Below, piece by piece: positions 46,974-56,367 of a DNA stretch of 57,049 bases (positions are counted from its first letter, which is position 1; each line of letters begins with the position of its first letter). Origin of the DNA: a virus (lineage: Duplodnaviria > Caudoviricetes); the IMG/VR virus record IMGVR_UViG_3300025048_000003, positions 1 to 57,049 of that record, one strand, 5' to 3'. The notes beneath the pieces were generated by a model that searched no databases, was not told the origin of the DNA, and saw nothing but the letters and a program-made list of their open reading frames with translations. The translations under genes and the position numbers were made by a program.

Positions 46974-47182
46974 TGCCTGATAACTTAAGTCATTTTGAAT
47001 TTTTAGCGGTGGCGGGTGCTCTAGTCGGTGGGTGGATAAAATTTCAATCAGACTACAACAGGCTTTCGTCTCGTGTTGCTGTTCTTGAGGCGGACAACTC
47101 TGAGTTTAAAGAAGACATGAAGCAGCTTCTAAGGGAGATTCAAGAGGTAAAGCTTCTCTTAGCTAAGAACCAGATGCAATGA
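46973..47182 (+). CDS. small membrane-anchored coiled-coil protein
   Basis: N-terminal hydrophobic helix followed by heptad pattern; next to the holin. Confidence 0.6.
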   Translation: MPDNLSHFEFLAVAGALVGGWIKFQSDYNRLSSRVAVLEADNSEFKEDMKQLLREIQEVKLLLAKNQMQ

Positions 47183-48309
47183 GGTTTGTGATCCTTACAC
47201 TCTGCCTGCTCTCACAGTACGTGATTGTAGGGCAGGACTCATGCGCTGTATTTGGTGGTGAAAACATACAGCCTAGAATGATGGGATACGTCCCAGAACC
47301 TATCCAGTGGGAAGAAATAGATTATGTCTACCACGTACATTACACCGACAGCTTCCCTGATAGTTATATTTCAGAAGACATCATCATGGATGCCCACGAG
47401 CATTTAAATGAAGAGTTTGACGAGGCCATGATAACCTTTGACCTTGTGTCAATTGCGTATCATAACTTCGATGAGTTCTGGGCAGCCCCAGCAATACTAG
47501 ACAATAACAACGTATGCCTCCCCTACAGTTCAAGCGGTTGGAACTGGATGGAAGACTATGTAGAAGATTTAATATGGGATAGAGAGGAGTATATGAATGT
47601 ACATATATTCCCCCAGTTTTGCGGCGGTATATTGGGATTCGCGTGGACTGCTTATGCCTCGACTGACCTTGATGGAGTTTGGGTTAGGTCTGATATGATA
47701 GGCAGGTATGGACCGCAACTAACAGACTCTGCAAGAATGGAAAACAAAACCTTAATACATGAGGTAGGCCACTTTGTTGGTTTGCATCATGTGTTTAGGA
47801 ATGTGGACAACTGCGGTCAGGTCTTAGGGGATTGCCTACAGACAGGAGACTATGTGTGTGACACGCCTCCAACTAAAATAAACTGGAGCTGCGTTAATCC
47901 TATTTGCCCACCAGGAGCTTACGACTACACACCGAATAATCATATGGATTACTACGTTGACTCATGCAGAACTAACTTTACAGAAGGGCAAATAGAGAGA
48001 ATACATGCAGCACTTCCTATACTACGTCCAGGGATTACAGATCAACCACCTTATTGTTTAGGGGATATAAACGGAGACCACGTAGTTGGGATGATGGACC
48101 TTATGTTGATGTTAACAAACTGGGAAGACCCATACTGGACGCCAGGAGACTTAAATGGCAATGGATACTTTAATGTAATAGACTTCTCAATACTCCTAAG
48201 TCAGTGGGGTACAATATGTTACGGTGCCGAACTTGATCCTTTTTATAGGGAGGAACCACTACCCGTCTTGAAACTAGAAAGGGGCCGAAGCCCCTTTCCA
48301 TTCAAGTAG
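47179..48309 (+). CDS. secreted M43 (pappalysin/ulilysin-like) zinc metalloprotease with C-terminal dockerin-like repeats
   Basis: Signal peptide; HEVGHFVGLHH; GD.VCDTPP; N.MDY Met-turn; GDINGD.VV...DL and GDLNGNG..N..DF. Confidence 0.85.
   Translation: MRFVILTLCLLSQYVIVGQDSCAVFGGENIQPRMMGYVPEPIQWEEIDYVYHVHYTDSFPDSYISEDIIMDAHEHLNEEFDEAMITFDLVSIAYHNFDEFWAAPAILDNNNVCLPYSSSGWNWMEDYVEDLIWDREEYMNVHIFPQFCGGILGFAWTAYASTDLDGVWVRSDMIGRYGPQLTDSARMENKTLIHEVGHFVGLHHVFRNVDNCGQVLGDCLQTGDYVCDTPPTKINWSCVNPICPPGAYDYTPNNHMDYYVDSCRTNFTEGQIERIHAALPILRPGITDQPPYCLGDINGDHVVGMMDLMLMLTNWEDPYWTPGDLNGNGYFNVIDFSILLSQWGTICYGAELDPFYREEPLPVLKLERGRSPFPFK
48277..48298 (-). terminator. hairpin / terminator at the convergence point
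   Basis: Minus strand GAAAGGGGC-TTCG-GCCCCTTTC, downstream of nrdJ. Confidence 0.7.
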
Positions 48310-48343
48310 TACAGCTGGGATATCCAGCATTGATCGATCCGCT

Positions 48344-50236
48344 TCATCGAACTGGGCATGCGCCTCCTTCGCAATCGTCAATCTCAACCTCATCCAATCC
48401 TAACTGATCAATGGATGTGATTGGGGTTACTGTCTTGCGCATATCTAGGTAAGTACCCTCGTCAATCTCCTCCAGAGGAGCCTGCTTAAAGCCATGCTCG
48501 TTATGAAGCAAAAAAGATACAGATTTCACGTTCTTAAAGTGCTTGTCTAACCACTCCTTTATGCCGTCTAACTCTTCCTTACGATAGTAAATAGTAACCG
48601 ATACAGCATTATCAGACCACTCAGCCTGTAGGCGCTTAATAACCTCTAACTGATCTAAAGCTGTCATGTCGTTAGCAAACATGGTTCCTTTAGGGAACTT
48701 GCATGGGAAGCTTACAACTATAGTGGACTTGTCTTCTGTGCCGTCAAAGTTCAACACAAACTCCACAGGGTACCCGTGCTTCCTGGCGGCATGTGCCAGA
48801 CTGCTATCAGCTGACATTCTGATTCGTCGAATATAATATTCGCTGTATCCTGGGTGCGCTCCTGGTGTAACGCCAGCAAGTAGACTAAGCGTTCCAGATG
48901 GCTTGACTGTTGTAAGTTTAATGGATGCTGGATATCCTGCCAATTGAGAGTATTCTTTGTCATACGATCGTAGGTAATCATAGCAATCAGCTAACCAAGA
49001 CCGCTGCTCTTCAGTAGCTTGCAAGTATCCAGTGACTCCGATACCCATACGCATGTTCTTGTGTACGATGTCCTCGGTCTCCTTCACGGCACATTTGATA
49101 GCCAGGCTGTGCTTGTTAATTCTATAAAGATAACGCGCAACTTTTTTAAGCTCCTCGTAGTGCTCGATGTTTGGGAGATAAATCTCAGCCAAGCAGCACG
49201 TCTCGAAGTTAGCTAGCGACTGTTCAGCACAAGGATTAAATCCCTGTACGTCTGGATCTGGGTACTCAACTTCAAATGTGCGTCCCATGCGTCGTGATGC
49301 AGATAGGTTAATGAGTCCGTATGGTTCTCCGTTACCGTTGTATCCCTCCCAGAACTCAGCAGGCAGCTTCGAGATATCATCACAAACGACAGAGTTGTTA
49401 CTCATCGCTCTCCAGTTAGGGATACCTCCTAGGTCCCATCGCTTTGCTTGCAAGTACTCTACATCATCGCAGTCTCCGATAGCAATCTGTGCTGACCTTC
49501 GAACGTTACCAGCTACAACGATTCTACCGATGATGTTCATTACATCAAGGCAGTCAACAGGGCTGAGACGCTGACCTGATTTCTTGTTTAAGATTTCATT
49601 GATCTCTTGCATACCCCAGACCAGATCCTCAGGCCCTGAAGCTGTCCCTCCGAATCCTTTAATGGCAGACCCCTTAGATCGTATGAGATGTGTAGCATAT
49701 GTAAAGTCCTCACCCGTAACGAAGGAAGCCTCCAGGACGCGCTGTAAAAGCTCTACCCATCCCTCACGACTGTCAGGAACAATAAAGTCTGCGTCGTTCT
49801 CGTCTATACGCTCTACCTTAACTCGGTTCTTGACCTTTGGTAATTGGTATACGTTCTCTCGCTGGATGTTAAAACCTACACCTGAGCCAAGCATAAGCAT
49901 TTCAAACGCCCATGTAAATGGACGAATAGGATCATCTACCACTACGAACGCGCAGTTCTGTAGAGACGGTAGTCCCAGTCGGTCAACTGTTTTGGTACCT
50001 AGCTGCCAGAGAAATCGCCCTGCCACGGTGCCTTTCAGCTCCATCATTATCTTCTTCAGCTCACCCTCTTCGAATTGAGTAAAGCCTACGTTGAGTTGGT
50101 CACGACACGCATCAATCACTCGATCAACGGTGTCCTCCCACTCTTCTGTTTTGCCATCGGCAGTTTGTCTGGAATAGGTACGCTTATAGACAGCATACCC
50201 TACCTCGCCCCAAGGGACAAGTGAAGGATCATACAT
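48344..50236 (-). CDS. nrdJ: class II (adenosylcobalamin-dependent) ribonucleotide reductase
   Basis: NCAF, VVAGNVRRSA, NPCAEQ, TTVKPSGT and C-terminal CEGGACP; no beta-subunit gene nearby. Confidence 0.93.
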   Translation of the reverse strand: MYDPSLVPWGEVGYAVYKRTYSRQTADGKTEEWEDTVDRVIDACRDQLNVGFTQFEEGELKKIMMELKGTVAGRFLWQLGTKTVDRLGLPSLQNCAFVVVDDPIRPFTWAFEMLMLGSGVGFNIQRENVYQLPKVKNRVKVERIDENDADFIVPDSREGWVELLQRVLEASFVTGEDFTYATHLIRSKGSAIKGFGGTASGPEDLVWGMQEINEILNKKSGQRLSPVDCLDVMNIIGRIVVAGNVRRSAQIAIGDCDDVEYLQAKRWDLGGIPNWRAMSNNSVVCDDISKLPAEFWEGYNGNGEPYGLINLSASRRMGRTFEVEYPDPDVQGFNPCAEQSLANFETCCLAEIYLPNIEHYEELKKVARYLYRINKHSLAIKCAVKETEDIVHKNMRMGIGVTGYLQATEEQRSWLADCYDYLRSYDKEYSQLAGYPASIKLTTVKPSGTLSLLAGVTPGAHPGYSEYYIRRIRMSADSSLAHAARKHGYPVEFVLNFDGTEDKSTIVVSFPCKFPKGTMFANDMTALDQLEVIKRLQAEWSDNAVSVTIYYRKEELDGIKEWLDKHFKNVKSVSFLLHNEHGFKQAPLEEIDEGTYLDMRKTVTPITSIDQLGLDEVEIDDCEGGACPVR

Positions 50237-50277
50237 ATTAAAAAAATTAAAAAATTAAAAACGGACCACTAAGATAG

Positions 50278-50778
50278 TCAATAGCCCTTAAAATACTTCC
50301 ACACCCTGTACGTTTCTAAAGACTTGAGGTCCAACAAGTTAAGTGTTGTTATGACATCCTCTCGATCTTTTCGAGTGTACTTTTTCTTGTATGAATCTCG
50401 CTTATGCGACACAAATACATCTTCCACATTCTCCTCGCAGTAAGACACTAAGTCTTCTCGATCAACGATACTGAATCCACCTTCTTCTGGCATGTCGAAT
50501 GCTATGATTTTAGCACCCCCATACATCCATCCTGGGTTTCCAGCTACGTTTTTAAACTCACACCAAATCTCATCTGGTAGGTTATTACCCTTTACGTCCA
50601 CTCCCCACCTTCCCTCTACCTCTTCGTGTTGCATCCAGAAGTCAACATGCATATGCACATCATCCTTTCTGCCTGACTTTACGACCTGAAGACCTAGGTC
50701 TCTTGCCGCACGTTCAAAGCGTACTTCAGCTACCCTTCCTGTTGAGAACGAATATCGTTTTCTGTTTTGACTTTGCAT
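50278..50778 (-). CDS. putative PD-(D/E)xK nuclease-fold protein
   Basis: E..F ... HVDF ... VDVK ... E.KNV.G.PGW pattern. Confidence 0.55.
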   Translation of the reverse strand: MQSQNRKRYSFSTGRVAEVRFERAARDLGLQVVKSGRKDDVHMHVDFWMQHEEVEGRWGVDVKGNNLPDEIWCEFKNVAGNPGWMYGGAKIIAFDMPEEGGFSIVDREDLVSYCEENVEDVFVSHKRDSYKKKYTRKDREDVITTLNLLDLKSLETYRVWKYFKGY

Positions 50779-51010
50779 CGTGGTTTGCTTCAGAGTGTTC
50801 AAATGAAGCTTCCTTTACAAGGTCAAGCTCCTGATTCATCATTATGCGAATACCCGCAACCATATTGGCTACGTTTCCAGAATCCTCACGGGGATCTCCG
50901 TTATCATCGAATAGCTCTTCAAAAAACTCATCAATGAGTTCATGAAGCCTTACGGTGGCTATCCTGTAGCTAGCTCCTAGCTGTTCCTTTGTTAACTCGT
51001 TTTTTGCCAT
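50726..51010 (-). CDS. hypothetical protein
   Basis: 94 aa ORF overlapping both neighbours. Confidence 0.6.
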   Translation of the reverse strand: MAKNELTKEQLGASYRIATVRLHELIDEFFEELFDDNGDPREDSGNVANMVAGIRIMMNQELDLVKEASFEHSEANHDAKSKQKTIFVLNRKGS

Positions 51011-51458
51011 ATCCTAGTTCTTTAAGTTTCACTATAGCCTGCTCAATCTGGTGTTTGTTTTTACAGATGAACAAAGCGGGGACTGGTTCTCCTGAGTCTA
51101 TCAAGTGCTTAAGGAACAGCTTCCAACGCATCGGAAAGTCATGATGCGAAGGAGTGTACCCTTTGGTTTCGATAATCCATTCTCCGTTTGGTCCTACGAA
51201 GTCTGGAGTGTATTTAATGGGAAGGACTATCGCACCACTACGATCCGATAAGTCTTTCCGCTTGGTAGTCATCTTCAAGTAAGTTCCTGGATACCTAAAC
51301 TTATCTACGAGCATATACTCGTGAGTTTCATAGGTGAAGTTAACCTTATGCTCAGACAATAAGTCTGCACAGGTCTTCTCTAGTCCGCTTTTATACTTAC
51401 CTAAATTGCGTTTTTTTGCTGATTTGCGCTTAGGAGTTCCGCTTTTCTGTCGTTTCAC
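50970..51458 (-). CDS. endonuclease I-like Holliday junction resolvase
   Basis: YKSGLE...A..L, YTPDF and IIETKG motifs as in T7 gp3-like enzymes. Confidence 0.75.
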   Translation of the reverse strand: MKRQKSGTPKRKSAKKRNLGKYKSGLEKTCADLLSEHKVNFTYETHEYMLVDKFRYPGTYLKMTTKRKDLSDRSGAIVLPIKYTPDFVGPNGEWIIETKGYTPSHHDFPMRWKLFLKHLIDSGEPVPALFICKNKHQIEQAIVKLKELGYGKKRVNKGTARS

Positions 51459-51475
51459 TCAAGCTAAGGTACAGC

Positions 51476-53293
51476 CTAAGTGTCTAAAAACGAAGAGTTC
51501 ATGGGAAAAACAAAGGGTTCTTGTTTGCCCCCCTCCAAATCAACAGACTCAAACATCATTCTCTGAGTCTTAAATGCACGGAAACCAGTTCTAGATGTGT
51601 TCATTTCAAATCTAAATGGCTCCTCAAGTGGAGTAGGTTCACCACCTGTTTCTACGTCACGCACCTTACGCACATGAAATTCTGTGATCTTGCGCTCAGA
51701 CGGGGTTGGGTGTTGCACCTTTCTATGTATAGTCAAGAACGAGTCAGCTCTATTCACGAACTTACCTCCACCCTCGGTGTCCTCAGCGTATGGTGCTACA
51801 GGCAATCCATCCTCACCCTTGATTCGCTGTGAAGCAGTAACAGCATGCATGTTTAACCACACTGCGATGTTGTTTGCTGTAGAGAATGTAAGAAACTCAG
51901 AGGCGGCTTCGTAGTGATATTCATGTACGCCGATACCTGACTTGCCCATGTCTAGCTTTAGGCTGTTATACGGGTCTACAAACACAGCATCCACCTCTTG
52001 CTGCTTCATCACCTTCTCAAGGAATACAATGATGTCTGAGTAGCTGTATACTTGTTTATTGCTAATTACCGTAAAGTACTTACCCACCCATTCGTATGCC
52101 TTCTTGCGCTCCATGTAGTTCATGGAGGAGATAGGCTTGTTTAGGGCGAATTGTATAAGGGTCATCTTCAACGAAGCTGTTCGGTTCTCTGATGAGTATA
52201 CAACCCATTTCCACCCATGCCGCACAGTAGCGTTGACCATGAGGTATAGAGCCATTGTAGTCTTACCGACATTACTATGCCCATTGATGATAGTGAACTC
52301 TCGCTTGTACCTGAAGTACTGATCGAGATCCTTGTCGCCCGTGTCTAAACCTACGGGTATACGCCCATTAGCGTAGTCATCAATCCACCTGAAGTCCTCA
52401 TCGTCTGAGGATATAAAGGACATGTCTCCGTCGTTGACCAGCATCTCACGCTGTGCCTTCTTCTCGTCGTCGATGGTGGCTCGGATAGGGTCTTGCTTGC
52501 CCTTTTCGATGGCGTCTCGTATGGTGTTTATGGTATGCTTCTCGTCATCTACATCGCGCTTGAGTATCTCACGAGTAAGTACACGGACTACCTCGTCCTC
52601 TTCCATACGTCCAGCGGCTACATACCCACCACACAACCTAGCAGCACGAAGAAGGGTAGCATGTTTCTCCCCGTCATCGCACTGACGTATCATACGTGCA
52701 GCTAGATTTAACTTTAAGTAATCTGTGTAAACGCCTGATTGTGAGACAGCTACCTGAGATTCACTCTTCTCTGTAGCAAATGCTCCGAAGCTGCTTGACT
52801 CATCCTTGATGATGATGTCTGGGTCGTATGACTCGAAGCATGCGCGAGACTCATTGATTCCTGACTCGTCTACCTCTAGGTCGTACTGCTTACCGAAGTA
52901 TGTACGCAACGCACGGAAGTGATCACGATGCCTTTCGGGGTGAGTTATCCTGACTAACGCTTTGAGTCCATCACCCGACGGAGATACCCAGCAGCTGTAT
53001 ACATACGGGTCAGTACTGAGAAGAGCTTTGGATACGTCAACATCAATATGATCGAAGTCCAGAACAATGTATCCGCTATGTTTTTCAATTGATTGGTCTT
53101 TTCTGTCGCCAAACTCACCGCTGAATAGTACAACGGGCAGGCTCTTTTTAAAATCTTTTTCTCCACCGCGAACAGCTTCAATCGTTGGCGCAGAAGTCCC
53201 CTCTTGTATTCTTTTGAGGGCAGTCACAATCGGAATCACATGGGCATCCGCCTTGGACTTCTTGTACAGGTCTTTGTATATCGTTACGTTCAT
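51476..53293 (-). CDS. primase-helicase: BT4734/VirE-N-like primase domain fused to a DnaB-like helicase
   Basis: K..LP...FSG.F, LDFD, SPSG.GLK in the N-terminal part; Walker A GHSNVGKT, VFVDPYN and NRAD in the C-terminal part. Confidence 0.85.
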   Translation of the reverse strand: MNVTIYKDLYKKSKADAHVIPIVTALKRIQEGTSAPTIEAVRGGEKDFKKSLPVVLFSGEFGDRKDQSIEKHSGYIVLDFDHIDVDVSKALLSTDPYVYSCWVSPSGDGLKALVRITHPERHRDHFRALRTYFGKQYDLEVDESGINESRACFESYDPDIIIKDESSSFGAFATEKSESQVAVSQSGVYTDYLKLNLAARMIRQCDDGEKHATLLRAARLCGGYVAAGRMEEDEVVRVLTREILKRDVDDEKHTINTIRDAIEKGKQDPIRATIDDEKKAQREMLVNDGDMSFISSDDEDFRWIDDYANGRIPVGLDTGDKDLDQYFRYKREFTIINGHSNVGKTTMALYLMVNATVRHGWKWVVYSSENRTASLKMTLIQFALNKPISSMNYMERKKAYEWVGKYFTVISNKQVYSYSDIIVFLEKVMKQQEVDAVFVDPYNSLKLDMGKSGIGVHEYHYEAASEFLTFSTANNIAVWLNMHAVTASQRIKGEDGLPVAPYAEDTEGGGKFVNRADSFLTIHRKVQHPTPSERKITEFHVRKVRDVETGGEPTPLEEPFRFEMNTSRTGFRAFKTQRMMFESVDLEGGKQEPFVFPMNSSFLDT

Positions 53294-53498
53294 CCGAGTA
53301 TTTGTATTCGATTAGTAGATTTAAATAATGGATAGCCTTCAGGACATCCTCCTTGCCGTTCTTGAATTCGTGTCGGCATACGTATTTAATTACATTCCCC
53401 TCTATGAAGGGTATGTCGTTCGCTGCTATGAATTCAGTGGGCTGAATCTTCATTTCCTTGTAGTGCTTACCGCCTACTTGTTTATCGCTATGTTTCAT
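53178..53498 (-). CDS. DUF3310-like protein
   Basis: QVGG.HYK, GNVIKY..R...KNG.ED..KA.HYL. Confidence 0.8.
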   Translation of the reverse strand: MKHSDKQVGGKHYKEMKIQPTEFIAANDIPFIEGNVIKYVCRHEFKNGKEDVLKAIHYLNLLIEYKYSDERNDIQRPVQEVQGGCPCDSDCDCPQKNTRGDFCAND

Positions 53499-53736
53499 TG
53501 GGGTGTGATGTTGTTCCAACTTGTTTTATCGAAGTTATGGAATCAATCACAATGGTCTTGTTCTTGGCTTTAGCGGTAAACAACTCACGCTCAAGTCTTG
53601 ACATTGTTTTTCCATCCTTCTTCATGATATCTATAGGGTTATCATAATCGCTTACGATCCACACGTTTCTAGATTGTGGTCGCTTATTCTTAATCGTTGT
53701 GACCTTTGCGGTCATGAAGTATATAGGTCGTCCCAT
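53488..53736 (-). CDS. hypothetical protein
   Basis: Start moved to ATG 53736, downstream of the terminator. Confidence 0.6.
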   Translation of the reverse strand: MGRPIYFMTAKVTTIKNKRPQSRNVWIVSDYDNPIDIMKKDGKTMSRLERELFTAKAKNKTIVIDSITSIKQVGTTSHPNET

Positions 53737-53750
53737 AATGCTAGAGGAAA

Positions 53751-53781
53751 GAAAAGGGGCGGAGCCGAAACCCACGCCCCC
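53751..53781 (-). terminator. intrinsic terminator after the SSB gene
   Basis: Minus strand GGGGCGTGGGT-TTCG-GCTCCGCCCC-TTTT. Confidence 0.75.
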
Positions 53782-53803
53782 TCGCTTAACCAAGCTGTAT
53801 TAA

Positions 53804-54106
53804 TTAAAACGGAAGGTCAGAAGACCCTTCGGATTTAGTTGTTGTGCGACGCTCCTGCGCAGCCTCACTATTAGGATCCCACACACTCAGGCATGGCTTG
53901 CCATTCTTCGACATGAATAGTCGAAATCTAACGTTGCCGCCCTGACCCTGTGCATCACGCTTGGTGGTGTACTGATCGATGGCATCCTTAAGCTCGTTAT
54001 CCTTGAGACGGAAAGACCATCCCATTAACTCGCCATTGTCATTGTAGCTAGGCTCATCGGCCCAACCTACTAGTACGCTTTCGTACTTCTTTGTTTGTTC
54101 ACTCAT
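53804..54106 (-). CDS. putative single-stranded DNA-binding protein
   Basis: 100 aa ending in DLPF, within the recombination cluster. Confidence 0.65.
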   Translation of the reverse strand: MSEQTKKYESVLVGWADEPSYNDNGELMGWSFRLKDNELKDAIDQYTTKRDAQGQGGNVRFRLFMSKNGKPCLSVWDPNSEAAQERRTTTKSEGSSDLPF

Positions 54107-54210
54107 GTTAATGAATTAAAAATTAAAATAAAGGTTATTAAAAATAAAGAATAAACTCCTAAGGCTAAGCAGCCGTTTATCAATCGGTTAAATGTTGACT
54201 TATACTTCAT
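54103..54210 (-). CDS. 35 aa single-TM microprotein (MKYKSTFNRLINGCLALGVYSLFLITFILIFNSLT)
   Basis: Read by hand; overlaps both neighbours and is ATGA-coupled to the SSB gene. Confidence 0.45.
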   Translation of the reverse strand: MKYKSTFNRLINGCLALGVYSLFLITFILIFNSLT

Positions 54211-54982
54211 AGTTTAGGTAGTCTGTTTGGGGGTTATAGTCTTGCTCCAGAAAGTTCGTGATACGCTTGAGTGCATCATGGAATTTCATTTCTCCTGTAA
54301 AAAGAGTGGAGTCAGAACATTTAACGAGGGCAGGAAGGTACGGGTAAGTTTTCTCTTGTACAACCCAATAGAAATCTTTTATACCAAACACCTCTGTGTA
54401 GATGTAAGCTTGGATATCATATGAGAAGTCCTTGATAGCATACCGAAACTTCTCTGAGCTACGTGCTGACTTACTATCGCTAATGAATCCATCGCCTAAG
54501 CAGTCGAGGAATCCCTTCACTTGTACGCCATGTAGTTCTTCGAGGAATCCTACCTGATAATCACCCTTGAGGTGAGAGTCAAGCAAACCACATGTAGCTA
54601 GCCTATCGATCATATCGTTAGCCATCTTCCATTCATCTCCTGACACGATTGTCTTCCCCTCCTCGGCCGCCTCCTCTTTGATTTCCGTTAGCTTAGCCTT
54701 GTACTCGGCAGTAAGTGTAGGTTTCTTAGAGGCTTGAGCCTTGTCGGATAGAGTGGTTACGATGGCAGACGGAGACATGACCGTGTACTTCTCGAAAGCT
54801 TTATCCCGTTCGAACAACAGCATATCGTACATAGTACCGAAGTCTAGCGCGTCTGATTTGTATTTGACTTCTCCCTTCATGTAGCGATCGAACTGAGCCA
54901 TATCGCCTAGGGCTTGCTTGAGAGACGAGTACGACAAGTGAGACTTGCCGTACCGCTCCATTAATTTATCTGATATATTCAT
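54200..54982 (-). CDS. RecE/ExoVIII-like PD-(D/E)xK exonuclease
   Basis: LSYSSLK, A..FG...D..L.E, KG.LD, D.KS and YDIQAY.Y motifs. Confidence 0.75.
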   Translation of the reverse strand: MNISDKLMERYGKSHLSYSSLKQALGDMAQFDRYMKGEVKYKSDALDFGTMYDMLLFERDKAFEKYTVMSPSAIVTTLSDKAQASKKPTLTAEYKAKLTEIKEEAAEEGKTIVSGDEWKMANDMIDRLATCGLLDSHLKGDYQVGFLEELHGVQVKGFLDCLGDGFISDSKSARSSEKFRYAIKDFSYDIQAYIYTEVFGIKDFYWVVQEKTYPYLPALVKCSDSTLFTGEMKFHDALKRITNFLEQDYNPQTDYLNYEV

Positions 54983-55287
54983 TGGTCTTCGTATAATGGT
55001 GTGCCGTCTTCAAGCATGTACTCATAGGTTTCTATCTCAGCCCAGTGGGTAGGCTTTCCAGCAGTACACCAGAAGGCTTTACCCTTTGTGTTGATGTGAT
55101 ACTCTGCGATGTCTACATCACCTAGGAAGTCTTTGTGTTTAATGAAATACAACCCTGTACATATTGGCTCTTCGTTGTCGTTATCAACCCAGTTCTTAGG
55201 CATCCTAGCCGTGAGACACTGACGTCGAAAGCTTGAAAACGTAGCTATGTTAGTTAGCTTACGGCTTAGTACTGGGTACTTACTCAT
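54979..55287 (-). CDS. hypothetical protein
   Basis: 102 aa, ATGA-coupled. Confidence 0.6.
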   Translation of the reverse strand: MSKYPVLSRKLTNIATFSSFRRQCLTARMPKNWVDNDNEEPICTGLYFIKHKDFLGDVDIAEYHINTKGKAFWCTAGKPTHWAEIETYEYMLEDGTPLYEDQ

Positions 55288-55856
55288 CGTACAAACTTCT
55301 GTAATCCAGACATTTGCTTGTCGGTAAGGCTTTCACCATACTTACCTACGATAGACTCATATGCTTTCTTCTTGTCGGTCTGCGACTTGATGTAAGCAAC
55401 AGCCTTATCCATGATGTTTTCAGGCGGGTCGGTATCAAACTTTTCTTGTATCATCTTCACCTTATCGGACTTAGTAAGCTCGGCAGGTGCAGCTTTGTCT
55501 TGCTTAGCGATAGCATCAGAAACCTCGTTAGCTGAAGCGATTGATGTATCAATACCAATGCCGAGCATAGCCAATGCACGACCGATAGCTGACGTCTCGC
55601 AGTTCTCTACGTAGCTAGTCTTGTTGATGTTGCTACTACCTTGCACTTCATGTGCATGACCTACTGATATGATGCGATTGTCAGCATCTACGATCGATGC
55701 CTTGCATACACATTGACCTTCGTCTAGCACAGTAAACTCTGTGATAAGGCTCCAGTTCTTATACTGCTCCTCCTGTCGGAAGAACTTGATTCGTTCGTTT
55801 ACTTCAACGTACTGCTTGCCACGAATGTTCGTGGTCTTGAATTTGTAATTACTCAT
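55284..55856 (-). CDS. putative single-strand annealing protein (Rad52-like fold)
   Basis: I.GK.YV.V.ERI and INKTSY.ENCETSAIGRALA..GIG motifs; near the exonuclease and SSB. Confidence 0.65.
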   Translation of the reverse strand: MSNYKFKTTNIRGKQYVEVNERIKFFRQEEQYKNWSLITEFTVLDEGQCVCKASIVDADNRIISVGHAHEVQGSSNINKTSYVENCETSAIGRALAMLGIGIDTSIASANEVSDAIAKQDKAAPAELTKSDKVKMIQEKFDTDPPENIMDKAVAYIKSQTDKKKAYESIVGKYGESLTDKQMSGLQKFVR

Positions 55857-56221
55857 ACGAGTTCTTGTTTTAGATTTTCAGCTAGACCCTCTAGCCTTTT
55901 GATTTGGATTCTAATTGTTGTAAGCTTCTCTTCGATGCTGTTGTATTGGAGGTGTACACTGCACAGCCTTACAGCTAGCAGGTACTTCTCTTCGTACCCA
56001 TCCCACGAAAACAGATTGCCTTCATGCTGACGTTGATGGTGTATGACCGTACTGTGGTCTCTGCCAAAGCTTTTACCCACCTCTGTCTTGGTCATGTAGT
56101 GAGCCATAGCGACCATCAGTGCGGCTCGTGCCTGAACTTGTGGTGCTTTCCTGGATATGTTGGGGGTGAGGTTGAGGGTAGCATAGTACTCCTCTTGTAG
56201 CCTTTTGATGTCATCATTCAT
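55853..56221 (-). CDS. stand-alone DnaA domain IV-like helix-turn-helix protein
   Basis: SRK...V.AR ... EVGK.FGRDHSTVIH matches the DnaA C-terminal signature; no AAA+ domain. Confidence 0.7.
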   Translation of the reverse strand: MNDDIKRLQEEYYATLNLTPNISRKAPQVQARAALMVAMAHYMTKTEVGKSFGRDHSTVIHHQRQHEGNLFSWDGYEEKYLLAVRLCSVHLQYNSIEEKLTTIRIQIKRLEGLAENLKQELV

Positions 56222-56235
56222 TGGATTTGCTGGTT

Positions 56236-56267
56236 CAAATTTAAAGTTTAATTGTTATTAATGCAAG
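56236..56267 (-). promoter_or_regulatory. Bacteroidota-type promoter for the replication block
   Basis: Minus strand CTTG-N20-TAAATTTG. Confidence 0.65.
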
Positions 56268-56366
56268 GAAAGGAGAGACTTTGTTTCTCAACGCTCTCAA
56301 TGTTGTGCTGTCTCCAGCACACGGCGTGTTGCAGGATCTCTCTGCACACCATCCGTCTCTCCCCTT
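56265..56366 (-). ncRNA. candidate structured RNA (multibranch)
   Basis: Closing stem GGAGAGAC/GTCTCTCC encloses a GTGCTG-GAGA-CAGCAC hairpin and a TGCAG/CTGCA hairpin; intergenic. Confidence 0.5.
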
Positions 56367-56367
56367 G

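Noticed and set aside
48751-53573. Many alternative-frame and antisense ORFs in the track (for example 49584..50078, 51521..51832)
   Set aside because: They are shadows of well-supported genes (nrdJ, primase-helicase) with no motifs of their own.
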